Assembly (NCBI GenBank): GCA_035285545.1
Contig: JAYKGY010000034.1
Coordinates: 1 to 21,408, forward strand
DNA: 21,408 bases
From: Snowella sp.
GTDB taxonomy: Bacteria; Cyanobacteriota; Cyanobacteriia; Cyanobacteriales; Microcystaceae
Reading direction: 5' to 3'
Shown here in pieces: positions 7,460 through 16,829 of the stretch. The position numbers and the translations under genes were made by a program. Each line of letters opens with the position of its first letter. Within the stretch, counting starts at the first letter, position 1. The notes under the pieces were generated by a model. That model was not told where the DNA came from, did not search any database, and saw only the letters and a program-made list of their open reading frames with translations.

Positions 7460-8017
7460 TTAAAACTTATCTGTCTCAGGACGGGGGCCAACGGCTCCAG
7501 GCTGATTTACAAATAAATTTCCTGCGGCTTCATTTTGATAAATACAATCAATGCGGGGCTTCCCTTCCAACGGCCCCGTAAAACCAAAGGTATTCATGCG
7601 ATTTTTACAATCATTCACCTGTCGAGAATCCACCAGTTTGTTTTGTTCTAACAGTGCCCAGTTATTACGCCGTAGGACGCACCCTGGTTGCATGACTGGC
7701 TGAGTGACAAAAACATTAAAAGGATTCAAGGTGACAAAAACTCGCATATCGGTCACGATCGCACTCGACCCAAATTGGACACAAAGGTCTGCATTGGGCG
7801 CACTGCGGTCAATTACTTCCCGTGAGGCTACGTTTTCGGGGTTAAAACTCGCGGTTGAACTAAAGCCAATTCCAACGCCAATTCCTAATACAAAGATCCC
7901 ACCAAATAAAGCAATGGTTCCGTAATTAAGATTAAACTTAGATCGGGGTGGCTCATAATCCCTTTCTCTTTCGTAAGAGCGGGGCGGTGGGTTATAGCGA
8001 GGCGGTTTTCGAGCCAT
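7460..8017 (-). CDS. Conserved cyanobacterial membrane-anchored protein (DUF3172-like)
   Basis: Single TM segment GGIFVLGIGVGIGFSS followed by NVASREVIDRSAPN..LCVQFGSSA and MQPGCVLR. Confidence 0.8.
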   Translation of the reverse strand: MARKPPRYNPPPRSYERERDYEPPRSKFNLNYGTIALFGGIFVLGIGVGIGFSSTASFNPENVASREVIDRSAPNADLCVQFGSSAIVTDMRVFVTLNPFNVFVTQPVMQPGCVLRRNNWALLEQNKLVDSRQVNDCKNRMNTFGFTGPLEGKPRIDCIYQNEAAGNLFVNQPGAVGPRPETDKF

Positions 8018-8090
8018 AGAAACTAAAAAAAGAGATTACGAGTTGTTAAGCTGATCACAGACTCCATTGTAAACAAACCAGTCGTCAATT

Positions 8091-8969
8091 TTAAAAGCGA
8101 GAGGTGGTTTTGATGCGGACAATGCCTGGTTCTTCTATGGAACTTTGATTAGCGGGGGTCGATTGATAGCCAGCGCGATTTTGCCAAAAGACAAAAGCTG
8201 CCATTGTGAGCAAAAAATAACCAAAGGCTTTTTGAAGATGCTTGGCTTGTACAAATTTGACTAAATAGGCTCCTAAAACAATACCGATACTCGCAGCAAG
8301 GGTAAAAGAGATTAATAACGAGGTATTGATAGGAACATGACCTAAATAGCCTAAAAAACCCGCCACAGAATTGAGAAAAATGATTACCAGGGAGGTACCG
8401 ATCGCCTGTTTCATGGGAAGTTTGGCCAACAGGACTAAAGCCGGAACAATGGCAAAACCACCGCCGACCCCAACTAATCCCGTTAAAATTCCTACGCCGA
8501 TGCCTTCGGTTAATAGCCATAACCAACAGTATCGACAAACCGGCGGTTGATAGATTCCCAATTCTTCCGCTTGCGGCTCAACGGTAGGAGAATGACTGGT
8601 TCGACTACTTTTGACAATCATCAAAACGGAAGCGATCAACATCATCCCAGCAAACAGCAGCATTTGTAAGGTATCCGTCACAAAAGGTAAAGTGGCTAAC
8701 CGTGCGCCGGTATAAGCTCCAACCATTGTCGATGCGCCAAAAATGGATGCCGTTTTTAATTGCACATTGCCTAATTTCCAGTGGGGGATGGCTCCCAATA
8801 AACTCACGGAACCGACGGCTACTAGGGTTAAGGCGATCGCTTCTTTGGGCGGGATTTTGAGAATATAAACCAGGGTCGGAACGGCCAAAACCGAACCACC
8901 ACCACCGATTAACCCCAAACTAATGCCGATACAAACTGCCAGAATATGACCAATAATCCAACTCATCAT
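8091..8969 (-). CDS. Sulfite exporter TauE/SafE family protein
   Basis: Duplicated G.IGGGGS / [13 protein letters not shown] motifs, multiple TM helices, sulfur-metabolism neighbours. Confidence 0.9.
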   Translation of the reverse strand: MMSWIIGHILAVCIGISLGLIGGGGSVLAVPTLVYILKIPPKEAIALTLVAVGSVSLLGAIPHWKLGNVQLKTASIFGASTMVGAYTGARLATLPFVTDTLQMLLFAGMMLIASVLMIVKSSRTSHSPTVEPQAEELGIYQPPVCRYCWLWLLTEGIGVGILTGLVGVGGGFAIVPALVLLAKLPMKQAIGTSLVIIFLNSVAGFLGYLGHVPINTSLLISFTLAASIGIVLGAYLVKFVQAKHLQKAFGYFLLTMAAFVFWQNRAGYQSTPANQSSIEEPGIVRIKTTSRF

Positions 8970-8990
8970 AGAAATTGATTCAATAAAAAA

Positions 8991-9527
8991 TTACTTCAGG
9001 GTTTGCCACTCCAAGAGGACAGGAATGGGAACAAGGATTTTTCGGGGAGATTCTAAGGGTAATTCCAGCGTTACTGCTTCAGAAACGGGTAATTTCGGTA
9101 AAATGTCTTGGAGGTCGTACTCCCCCACATTTGCAGCCGGCGATCGCTGAGCAAACAAATCCTCTGCCGGTAGGTTTAATCCCCCCTGGGTAGAAAGTCG
9201 GAGAGGCTGAGGGTGCAAAAAGCGGGTAGTTTCAGGAAAGCCCACTAAACGCAAATTCACCGCTTTTAGGGTATTTTCTTGAACTCGTTTAAAAAGAATC
9301 ACTTGCCAGGTACTCCCCGTCGTATCTCTGAGGGTCTGGCGAGATTGGTATAACTGTTGTCCCGGACTTTCTTCCTGTTGTCGCACGACGGCTAGAGCCG
9401 GTTGAGCATAACCAACATCAACGAGTACCAACAACCACAGCATCAATAGGAACAAGAAAACAAGCGTCATCGAAACGAGCAAACGATTTAACGCAGAAGT
9501 CGTATCAGGAATGGAAAGTTTGGCCAT
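8991..9527 (-). CDS. Conserved cyanobacterial exported/membrane protein (DUF3122-like)
   Basis: N-terminal hydrophobic segment then QSRQTLRD..G..WQVILFKR, LRLVGFP and NVGEYDL. Start uncertain (ATG 9527 versus TTG 9542). Confidence 0.7.
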   Translation of the reverse strand: MAKLSIPDTTSALNRLLVSMTLVFLFLLMLWLLVLVDVGYAQPALAVVRQQEESPGQQLYQSRQTLRDTTGSTWQVILFKRVQENTLKAVNLRLVGFPETTRFLHPQPLRLSTQGGLNLPAEDLFAQRSPAANVGEYDLQDILPKLPVSEAVTLELPLESPRKILVPIPVLLEWQTLK

Positions 9528-9751
9528 AGCAATTATTGCCAACGGAAAGAATTGTTTTTTATGATATCACTAACTGAGAATATGGTAAATTAATGAGTTG
9601 CCTTAAGGGTGACCTAATTTCTTCTACAATGGTATTGGGATTCCGATTCGCAAGTGTTTTTCTCGATTTAACGTCATCCAGTAAAACCTCGCGATCGCCC
9701 TAATTCTGCTTGGGAAATAACTTTTTGTTAATTTAAAATCTATTGCACGCT

Positions 9752-10162
9752 ATGTCCCGAAAATCTATCCAATCCGCAACCTCAAATCCTGCTAGTTCTC
9801 AAGATAGCCACGCTTCGCAACTTTCTCCCACTGCGCTGGGGATGCTGGCTAATTTTTTTAAAGTCCTATCCGAAGTCACCCGCCTGCAAATTGTTTGCGC
9901 TTTAAAATCCGGCCCCAAAAATGTTAGCCAAATTATTGAAATAACGGGGTTAGGTCAGGCGAATGTGTCTAAACATCTCAAAATTTTGACCGATGCTCGT
10001 TTACTGTCGCGATCGCAACAAGGGGTCAATGTGGTTTACGAAATTGCCAATCCCGTCATTTTCCCCCTGTGTGACCTGGTGTGCAATTCCCTTGCCAGCC
10101 AATTACAACAACAGCACAAGGATTTAGAGAAACTCAAACAATTGAACCCGATTAGCCTCTAG
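9752..10162 (+). CDS. ArsR/SmtB-family repressor, BigR/SqrR-like persulfide sensor
   Basis: FFKVLSEVTRLQIVCAL, QANVSKHLKIL HTH, Cys in helix 2 and C-terminal LCDLVC. Lies upstream of the dioxygenase and rhodanese genes. Confidence 0.85.
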   Translation: MSRKSIQSATSNPASSQDSHASQLSPTALGMLANFFKVLSEVTRLQIVCALKSGPKNVSQIIEITGLGQANVSKHLKILTDARLLSRSQQGVNVVYEIANPVIFPLCDLVCNSLASQLQQQHKDLEKLKQLNPISL

Positions 10163-10278
10163 TTTTTCACGCGCATTTGTCATTCGACCCGTGTTTTTTG
10201 ATAAAGCTTGTATTTTTTGCTTAAAAATATTACTATATGTTCATATCATAAATAGTTTGAGTAGAGTCGAACGCGGAT

Positions 10279-10977
10279 ATGTTATTTCGTCAATTATTTG
10301 ATCCCGAAACCAGTACCTATACCTATCTCATTGCAGACCCAGAAACCCAAGAAGCGGTTTTGGTTGATCCCGTTTTAGAGCAAGTTGAGCGAGATTGGAA
10401 AGTGATTCAAGAATTGGGCTTAACCCTGCGCTATTGCCTAGAAACCCATGTTCACGCGGATCACATCACAGGAACGGGAAAACTGCGGGAATTAAGCCAA
10501 TGTGAAGGAATTGTTCCCCTCAATGCTCAAGTGAGTTGTGCAGATCGATTTTTGGCCAATGGGGAAGTGATCACGGTGGGATCGATTGAAATTAAGGCGA
10601 TCGCGACCTTGGGGCATACCGATAGCCACAATAGTTATCTCGTGAACGGTGATCGGGTATTAACGGGGGATTCCTTGCTGATTCGCGGCTGTGGACGAAC
10701 CGATTTTCAAAGCGGCAATGCGGGAACCCTGTATGACCACGTTACCCAACGGCTGTTTACCCTACCGGACGAAACCCTCGTCTATCCAGGGCATAACTAT
10801 CAAGGGTTGACGGTTTCAACCATTGGCGAAGAAAAACGCTTTAACCCTCGTTTCTTGGAACAAAGCCGCGATCGCTTCATTCAGTTAATGAACAATTTAA
10901 ACCTGCCCAATCCTCAAAAAATTGCAGAAGCCGTTCCTGCTAATCAAGGCTGTGGCAACGTCAGTATTGCGGCTTAA
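10279..10977 (+). CDS. MBL-fold persulfide dioxygenase (ETHE1-like)
   Basis: FRQLFD..TSTYTYL, THVHADHITG, GCGRTDFQ, VYPGH, STIGEEK..NPR, C-terminal N..CG. Confidence 0.9.
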   Translation: MLFRQLFDPETSTYTYLIADPETQEAVLVDPVLEQVERDWKVIQELGLTLRYCLETHVHADHITGTGKLRELSQCEGIVPLNAQVSCADRFLANGEVITVGSIEIKAIATLGHTDSHNSYLVNGDRVLTGDSLLIRGCGRTDFQSGNAGTLYDHVTQRLFTLPDETLVYPGHNYQGLTVSTIGEEKRFNPRFLEQSRDRFIQLMNNLNLPNPQKIAEAVPANQGCGNVSIAA

Positions 10978-11052
10978 TCCTATCTGCTTTGCCAATCGGT
11001 ATCGTAAAACTGAGCAACTTTGTACTTTTTGGAAATTTTTAGGAATTTATCT

Positions 11053-11589
11053 ATGACCTCCGTAACCGATCAATTAAAACTCGTTGATGCTATCACCCTC
11101 AAACCCTTACTCGACGAACAAAATGTTACCTTAGTCGATGTGCGAGAACCCGTTGAATATCAAGAAGAACATATTCCAGGTGCCCTCCTCGTTCCCCTAT
11201 CCACCTTCGATCCGCAACGCATTCCCGTCGAGGAAAATAAACCCCTCATTCTCTATTGCCGGAGCGGTAACCGTTCTGCCCAGGCAGCCCAAAAACTCTT
11301 TGCAGCGGGATTTCAAGAAATTACCCATTTAAAAGATGGATTAACGGGATGGAAACAAGCGGGCTATCCCACCCAAATTAATCGTAATGCGCCCATTAGC
11401 CTCATGCGTCAAGTGCAGATTGTAGCCGGCTCTTTAGTCGTAACAGGGACTGTCTTAGGAGCCTTTGTTTCCCCCTGGTTTTTGATTTTGAGTGGGTTTG
11501 TCGGTAGTGGATTGATGTTTGCTGGGATTACCAATACCTGTGCCTTGGGAATGCTACTGGCAAAACTTCCCTATAATCAAAGAATTTAA
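11053..11589 (+). CDS. Rhodanese-domain membrane protein (YgaP-like, DUF2892 C-terminus)
   Basis: VDVREPVEY..EHIPGA, active-site YCRSGNRS, RQVQIVAG and TM hairpin with C..G.LLAKLPYN. ATG at 11053 with AGGA upstream. Confidence 0.88.
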   Translation: MTSVTDQLKLVDAITLKPLLDEQNVTLVDVREPVEYQEEHIPGALLVPLSTFDPQRIPVEENKPLILYCRSGNRSAQAAQKLFAAGFQEITHLKDGLTGWKQAGYPTQINRNAPISLMRQVQIVAGSLVVTGTVLGAFVSPWFLILSGFVGSGLMFAGITNTCALGMLLAKLPYNQRI

Positions 11590-11606
11590 GGAAGGCCATT
11601 TTAAAC

Positions 11607-12008
11607 TTAGCCCATGAGGATGACGTTATCAATGACATGAATGACACCGTTATCCGCCTCAATATCTCCAGCGACTACGGTTGCATTTTTGACTTCAAAG
11701 TTTTCGGTGAAATCGAGGGTAATGGGTGAACCTTCCACGGAGGTAACGGCTTGTAACTGCTCCAAATCCGATTTCATTAGTTTTCCTGGAACAACGTGAT
11801 AACAGAGAATCCGAGTTAATTGGGGGATATTTTGCAGTAGGGTAGTGATGGTTCCGGGGGGCAGTTTAGCAAAGGCCTGATCAGTCGGTGCAAATACCGT
11901 AAAGGGGCCAGGACTTTTTAAGGTATCAACTAAATTGGCCGCTTGAACAGCAGCAACCAGGGTCGAAAATCCTTCATTACTCACAGCAATATCAACAATG
12001 TCAGGCAT
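11607..12008 (-). CDS. cupS: Fasciclin-domain NDH-1MS subunit CupS
   Basis: [10 protein letters not shown] and [13 protein letters not shown]1 motifs; 133 aa, no signal peptide, directly downstream of cupA. Confidence 0.88.
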   Translation of the reverse strand: MPDIVDIAVSNEGFSTLVAAVQAANLVDTLKSPGPFTVFAPTDQAFAKLPPGTITTLLQNIPQLTRILCYHVVPGKLMKSDLEQLQAVTSVEGSPITLDFTENFEVKNATVVAGDIEADNGVIHVIDNVILMG

Positions 12009-12089
12009 AATGTTTCTCTTATGAGGAATTTATCAACATTTTGGAGCATTAGTCACCTGCTCCGTAAAGGACGATCGCAATTATCGCAA

Positions 12090-13385
12090 TTAACGATAGT
12101 CTGAGTTTTGGATATCTCGAAGACGGGCTTCGGGTCGTTTAAAGCGATCCAGTTGGGATTCAAAGAATTGACGATTTTTCAGTAAATGTCTGGGATTAGG
12201 ATCATCTAAGGGATAGAGTAGGGCTGTCCGCAGGGCTTGAATCACGGCAGAGGTGACGTTATACATCGATCGCTGAAAGGTAATCCCTAATTGAATGAGC
12301 ATATCGTCCTCTCCCCGACAGTGTTTTTGATAATACTGAATGAGGTAATCGGGCAAAAAGTGGTACATGTCATCCATTAACAACGTCGGCGGAATGCCTG
12401 CGGTGCCAACGGGGAAAACATCTGCGTATAAAATCCCGTAATGGAAATCCTTTTGATCTTCAGGAACTTGTTTGGCCTGAGCATTATAGGATTTGGTGCC
12501 TCGGAAGGGGGCAGTCCGATAAAAAACGGCTTCGACGTAGGGTAAAGCAGCCTCATACAACCAGGTAAAGCCTTTGGATTTGGGAATAATCTCAAAGCAC
12601 TCATTACCGATGTAAACGTGGTGATAGATGGGACGACCCGCGATCGCGAAAATACCGTTGACCAAAAAATTCATCGCATCAGGAACGCCTTTAAAACCAC
12701 CCTCATCGTAGATATCCGACATTTCAAAGAACACCGGAGCCATCACTTCCCAAAAAAGTCCTAAATTCGCGTAATAGGACATCATTCTGACTTGCTCTAG
12801 GAACATATCAGGGAACAGCTTATACCAGCCCAACATTACAGGATTGGTTTTGAAATAGGCTTTAATGGCGCGGTCTGCATTGGCTTTGTATTCCTCACTA
12901 TCGAGGTAAGCGTCAAATTTCCCCAGACCCATATCCCGACCATGCCACAACATCGCTTGCATACAGGCTTCGGCAAACTCCATATTGATGCGATCATGCC
13001 AGAGATGGTGGAATAGCTTCGGCATTTTGCGCGTTTTCCCTTTTTCCATGAATTCCAATAACTCAGGATGGGCCGTTGCCCGCCCCCGCCAAATTCTCAG
13101 ATCCGCCGTATCGCCCGCATAGTGATTGGGTAAATCTAAATAGTCCTGGGGTAAGAAATATTTGAAAAAAGGTAAGGGATTTAAAAAAACGCGCTCTGCA
13201 ATATACAGAAGATCTCGCCAATAAAAGTCCATCGGCACGGCATAAGCTTTATAGATCCCAATAATCTGCATCAAATTTTCAGGGGTATCCGGCAACATAG
13301 ACCCCCCCGCTTCGAGGCGATGAATAATATCCGCAAATTCATGGGTTGAAGGAGGCAGTTGGGTGCGAGCTAGGGTTGTAGTCAT
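12090..13385 (-). CDS. cupA: CO2 hydration protein CupA (ChpY)
   Basis: IHRLEAGG.MLPDTPENL, HHLWHDRINMEFAE, GIPPTLLM; 431 aa; ndhF3/ndhD3 context. Confidence 0.95.
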   Translation of the reverse strand: MTTTLARTQLPPSTHEFADIIHRLEAGGSMLPDTPENLMQIIGIYKAYAVPMDFYWRDLLYIAERVFLNPLPFFKYFLPQDYLDLPNHYAGDTADLRIWRGRATAHPELLEFMEKGKTRKMPKLFHHLWHDRINMEFAEACMQAMLWHGRDMGLGKFDAYLDSEEYKANADRAIKAYFKTNPVMLGWYKLFPDMFLEQVRMMSYYANLGLFWEVMAPVFFEMSDIYDEGGFKGVPDAMNFLVNGIFAIAGRPIYHHVYIGNECFEIIPKSKGFTWLYEAALPYVEAVFYRTAPFRGTKSYNAQAKQVPEDQKDFHYGILYADVFPVGTAGIPPTLLMDDMYHFLPDYLIQYYQKHCRGEDDMLIQLGITFQRSMYNVTSAVIQALRTALLYPLDDPNPRHLLKNRQFFESQLDRFKRPEARLRDIQNSDYR

Positions 13386-13487
13386 GGTGAGAAGAAATAA
13401 AAAGAGAGATTAAAGAATTGTATTAACGAAGAAACCTAAAAATAATGGCTGCCAAATTTAATAAATATAAAGCATTGTTTTTAGTGA

Positions 13488-13536
13488 ATCCCCCCGCCTA
13501 CGGCTTCCCCCCTTACTAAGGAGGGCTAGGGGGGAT
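13488..13536. repeat. Cyanobacterial small dispersed palindromic repeat (C-run/G-run type)
   Basis: ATCCCCCC...GGGGGGAT terminal inverted repeat enclosing hairpins GCC-TAC-GGC and CCCCCTTA-C-TAAGGAGG. Confidence 0.7.
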
Positions 13537-13564
13537 ACTTGCAGTGAGTTAACAAGCGGCTGAA

Positions 13565-14959
13565 CTAGGAAACCAGTTGCTTTTCGGGTTCAGGTGTTCC
13601 GTCGGTATTAGCAGGTGTGTTGCCAAAGGTAATTCTGAGGAAAGGGGGAGCCAAAAAGGTTGTTAAAATAACCATGATAATGATGGATACTTCTAAGGGT
13701 TTACTGAGAACCCCACTGGCGGAACCAATTCCCGCAAAGACTAATCCGACTTCGCCCCTGGGAATCATGCCCACCCCGATCGCGGCTCGATTGATACCCG
13801 GCTGACCAAAGACCGTCCAGCCCGTCACTAATTTTCCAGCGATCGCGACAATCACTAAAAAGACCGCAATCAGTAAACCAGCACGATTTTCAGGAACCAT
13901 CGGATTCAATACCCGTAAATCGGCCCTGGCTCCCACCGTTACAAAGAAAATGGGAACTAAAATATCAGCAATGGGTTTAATTAATTCATCCAACTCTTGA
14001 CGGGCATCGGTTTCATCCAAGACGAGACCTGCGGCAAAAGCCCCCAAAATCGCTTCGAGGTGAATCGCGTTACCGATAAAAGCCATGACAAAGGCGAAGA
14101 TAAAGGCAGGAATAATAATATTTCCACGAGTTTCCAGCTTTTCGACGATGGCGACGAAGGTTTTGTTAAACAATCCCCCTAGAACGATGGCACCAATTAA
14201 AAAGGCTGTTGCCCCCACAATTAGATAGAGCACATTAACCGCGTCAATTTCCCCTGTTTTGGCCAAACTTGCCACAACCGCGAGCACGATGATCCCTAAT
14301 ACGTCATCAATTACAGCAGCACCGACAATAATTTGACCTTCCTTGGATTTGAGTTGCCCCAATTCCGATAACACTTTAGACGTAATGCCGATACTGGTTG
14401 CGGTTAATGCAGCCCCCGCAAAAATAGCAGGAATGGCAGACACATGAAAGAGAGTCATTAGACCCAGGGTTCCCGCCGCAAAGGGAACTGCAACCCCCAC
14501 GCAGGCCACGACTATCGCTTGAACACCGACTTCTTTGAGTTGTCGCAGATCAGATTCTAAACCAATTTCAAACAGCAGAATGATTACCCCAATTTCGGCT
14601 AAAACGGAAATCACTTCACTTTGAGATTCAAAGATGGTGGTAACCGACTCAGGAGAAAGACCATTGAGAAACTGTAAGGCGGTCATTAAGAGAGAATCAG
14701 ATGCGGCCAAGCCCCCTTCCGGGAAAATAATCAAATGCAACGCGGAAACACCGACTAAAACACCGGCAACCAATTCCCCTAAAACCGGCGGAAAATCAAA
14801 CCGTTTGGCAACTTCTGCCCCTAATTTACTCGCCAAGTAAATGACGATGAGACTTAAGAGGACACCACTGAGAATCAGGGGGCCATTTTCGGCTTCAGCG
14901 GTTGCCAGCAAAGGTGGCGAAGAAAACAGAGTCGTTAGAGAATTACTGAAAAAAGTCAT
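13565..14959 (-). CDS. nhaS3: Na+/H+ antiporter, CPA2 family (NhaS3-like)
   Basis: PPVLGEL, LLFEIGLESD, ATSIGIT, AAVIDDVLG, GMIPRGEVGL; adjacent to a bicarbonate transporter gene. Confidence 0.85.
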   Translation of the reverse strand: MTFFSNSLTTLFSSPPLLATAEAENGPLILSGVLLSLIVIYLASKLGAEVAKRFDFPPVLGELVAGVLVGVSALHLIIFPEGGLAASDSLLMTALQFLNGLSPESVTTIFESQSEVISVLAEIGVIILLFEIGLESDLRQLKEVGVQAIVVACVGVAVPFAAGTLGLMTLFHVSAIPAIFAGAALTATSIGITSKVLSELGQLKSKEGQIIVGAAVIDDVLGIIVLAVVASLAKTGEIDAVNVLYLIVGATAFLIGAIVLGGLFNKTFVAIVEKLETRGNIIIPAFIFAFVMAFIGNAIHLEAILGAFAAGLVLDETDARQELDELIKPIADILVPIFFVTVGARADLRVLNPMVPENRAGLLIAVFLVIVAIAGKLVTGWTVFGQPGINRAAIGVGMIPRGEVGLVFAGIGSASGVLSKPLEVSIIIMVILTTFLAPPFLRITFGNTPANTDGTPEPEKQLVS

Positions 14960-15003
14960 AGTTTAGCTGGAAAGGATGAAATAATCTGGATTAGAAAAAC
15001 AGG

Positions 15004-16674
15004 TTAGATAGGGGAGTTGGTTATTTGTTTACTGTTAACAAGATCAACTGCATGGCGCAGGGCTTCGGTGCGATCGCCCATGATGTGTTCAGGCGTGATC
15101 AGATCAAATAAACCTAACTTGTGTAAGCGTTTTTGAACTTTTTCACTTGCCCCCACAATATAAACTTGTAGACCTTTATCGTGGGCATCACGGATCGCAT
15201 TTTCGATGGCCAAGGATGCCGTTACCCCTAAGAGCGGTACATCAGTTAAGTCCATCACTAAGGCTTCACCCGCTTTGATGGCATTATGTTCACGAGAAAT
15301 GGCTTTCGATAACCCAAAGATCATCGGCCCACTGAGGTAAAACAGCAGAACATGACCCATCCCTTGATCTAATAGCTCTTTTTGTTCAGGCGTTAAGCGG
15401 ACATCATCATCGGTATCAGTAATCAGTTTGACTTCACCGGATTGCATTTCACTCAACCGCTCGATGGTGAGAATATTGGCAATAAAGACTCCAACCCCAA
15501 CCGCGACAATGAGGTCTACAAAAACCGTCAGCAATAGCACCCCATACATAATGAAGGAGCCTTTAGCCGAAACTTGATGCGATCGCTTGAGGAAACTCCA
15601 GTCCAAAATATCAATCCCGACCTTGAGAGCAATCCCTGCCAACACGGCCATTGGAATCGGTTCCGTTAAGCGAGCAGCCCCCAAAACAACCACCAATAAA
15701 ACGATTGCTCTGGTTAACCCTGACAACGCAGAAGTAGCCCCTGTTTGGATGTTAACCACTGTTCCCATCGTAGCCCCAGCCCCTGGTAAGCCCCCGGCTA
15801 AGCCCGACACAATATTGGCAATCCCTTGGCCAATCAATTCCTTATTAGAATTATGTTCTGTCCGCGTCAAACTATCGGCAACAACCGCGGTTAACAAGGT
15901 ATCAATACAACCGAGCATCCCCAACATCACGCCATCGACGAGCATGGTTGTAATTTGCCCAGGGCTGAAAGTTGGAAGTTGCAACGGCGGTAAACCAACC
16001 GGAATCTCACCAATGCGTCGGAGTTCGACCCCTTGAAAAACCGTTAAGGAAATAACTGTCCCAATAATTAACGCGACTAATTGAGGCGGGACAACTTTTT
16101 TCCATTTTTTGGGCATCAGGAAAATAATCGCTAGGGTTAGGGCCCCTAAAATTGCCTCTGGCCCATTAACATTCATCACCAAATCGGGAATGGCCTTAAC
16201 GGTTCCCAGTACCCCTCCTTTGGGAGCCGCCTGACCTAAAAAGGGCGCGATCTGCAAAATGATAAGAATGACCCCAATTCCCGACATAAAGCCAGAAATG
16301 ACGCTATAGGGCATTAAGGTAATGTATTTACCAAGTTTGAAGACACCAAAAATAATTTGGAAAAGCCCTGCCAACATGACAACGGTAAAAGCCATGGCTA
16401 AACCATTATCAGGATTGGCCGCCGTCATAGAAGCCACGATCGCCGTCATTACCACCGTCATGGGGCCCGTTGGCTCAGAAATGAGAGTGGGGGTTCCACC
16501 AAACAGAGCCGCAAAAAAGCCGACACAGATGGCACCATACAGACCCCCAATCGGGCCAACCCCAGAGGCAACTCCGAAGGCCAGGGCCAACGGGAGAGAA
16601 ACCACAGCAGCCGTTACGCCGCCAAACAAGTCCCCCCGTAAATTATTAAAACGAATTTTGTTAGTAACTATCAT
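15004..16674 (-). CDS. bicA: SulP-family anion transporter, BicA-like Na+-dependent bicarbonate transporter
   Basis: GDLFGGVTAAVVSLPLALAFG, ISEPTGPM, PGAGATMGT, C-terminal STAS domain; next to nhaS3 within a Ci-uptake cluster. Confidence 0.8.
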   Translation of the reverse strand: MIVTNKIRFNNLRGDLFGGVTAAVVSLPLALAFGVASGVGPIGGLYGAICVGFFAALFGGTPTLISEPTGPMTVVMTAIVASMTAANPDNGLAMAFTVVMLAGLFQIIFGVFKLGKYITLMPYSVISGFMSGIGVILIILQIAPFLGQAAPKGGVLGTVKAIPDLVMNVNGPEAILGALTLAIIFLMPKKWKKVVPPQLVALIIGTVISLTVFQGVELRRIGEIPVGLPPLQLPTFSPGQITTMLVDGVMLGMLGCIDTLLTAVVADSLTRTEHNSNKELIGQGIANIVSGLAGGLPGAGATMGTVVNIQTGATSALSGLTRAIVLLVVVLGAARLTEPIPMAVLAGIALKVGIDILDWSFLKRSHQVSAKGSFIMYGVLLLTVFVDLIVAVGVGVFIANILTIERLSEMQSGEVKLITDTDDDVRLTPEQKELLDQGMGHVLLFYLSGPMIFGLSKAISREHNAIKAGEALVMDLTDVPLLGVTASLAIENAIRDAHDKGLQVYIVGASEKVQKRLHKLGLFDLITPEHIMGDRTEALRHAVDLVNSKQITNSPI

Positions 16675-16743
16675 TATTTATTTAGGGTTAGAAAACTTTA
16701 AAAGACTTTACTACTTTTTGAGTCTATTAATTTATCAATGTTT

Positions 16744-16786
16744 ATGATTAAAACCATTCAAAATGATAATTAAAACCATTAAAAAT
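16744..16786. promoter_or_regulatory. Direct repeat upstream of bicA, candidate regulator site
   Basis: ATGATTAAAACCATTCAAAAT (16744-16764) and ATAATTAAAACCATTAAAAAT (16766-16786), 22-bp period. Confidence 0.4.
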
Positions 16787-16829
16787 CAAGATGACTTAAT
16801 TCGGAAAAAATATTGACTGATGACCCCTC

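Noticed and set aside
7390..7491. N-terminal extension of glmS in the ORF track
   Set aside because: GlmS needs Cys at position 2, so the start is 7389; the extension would overlap the upstream gene.
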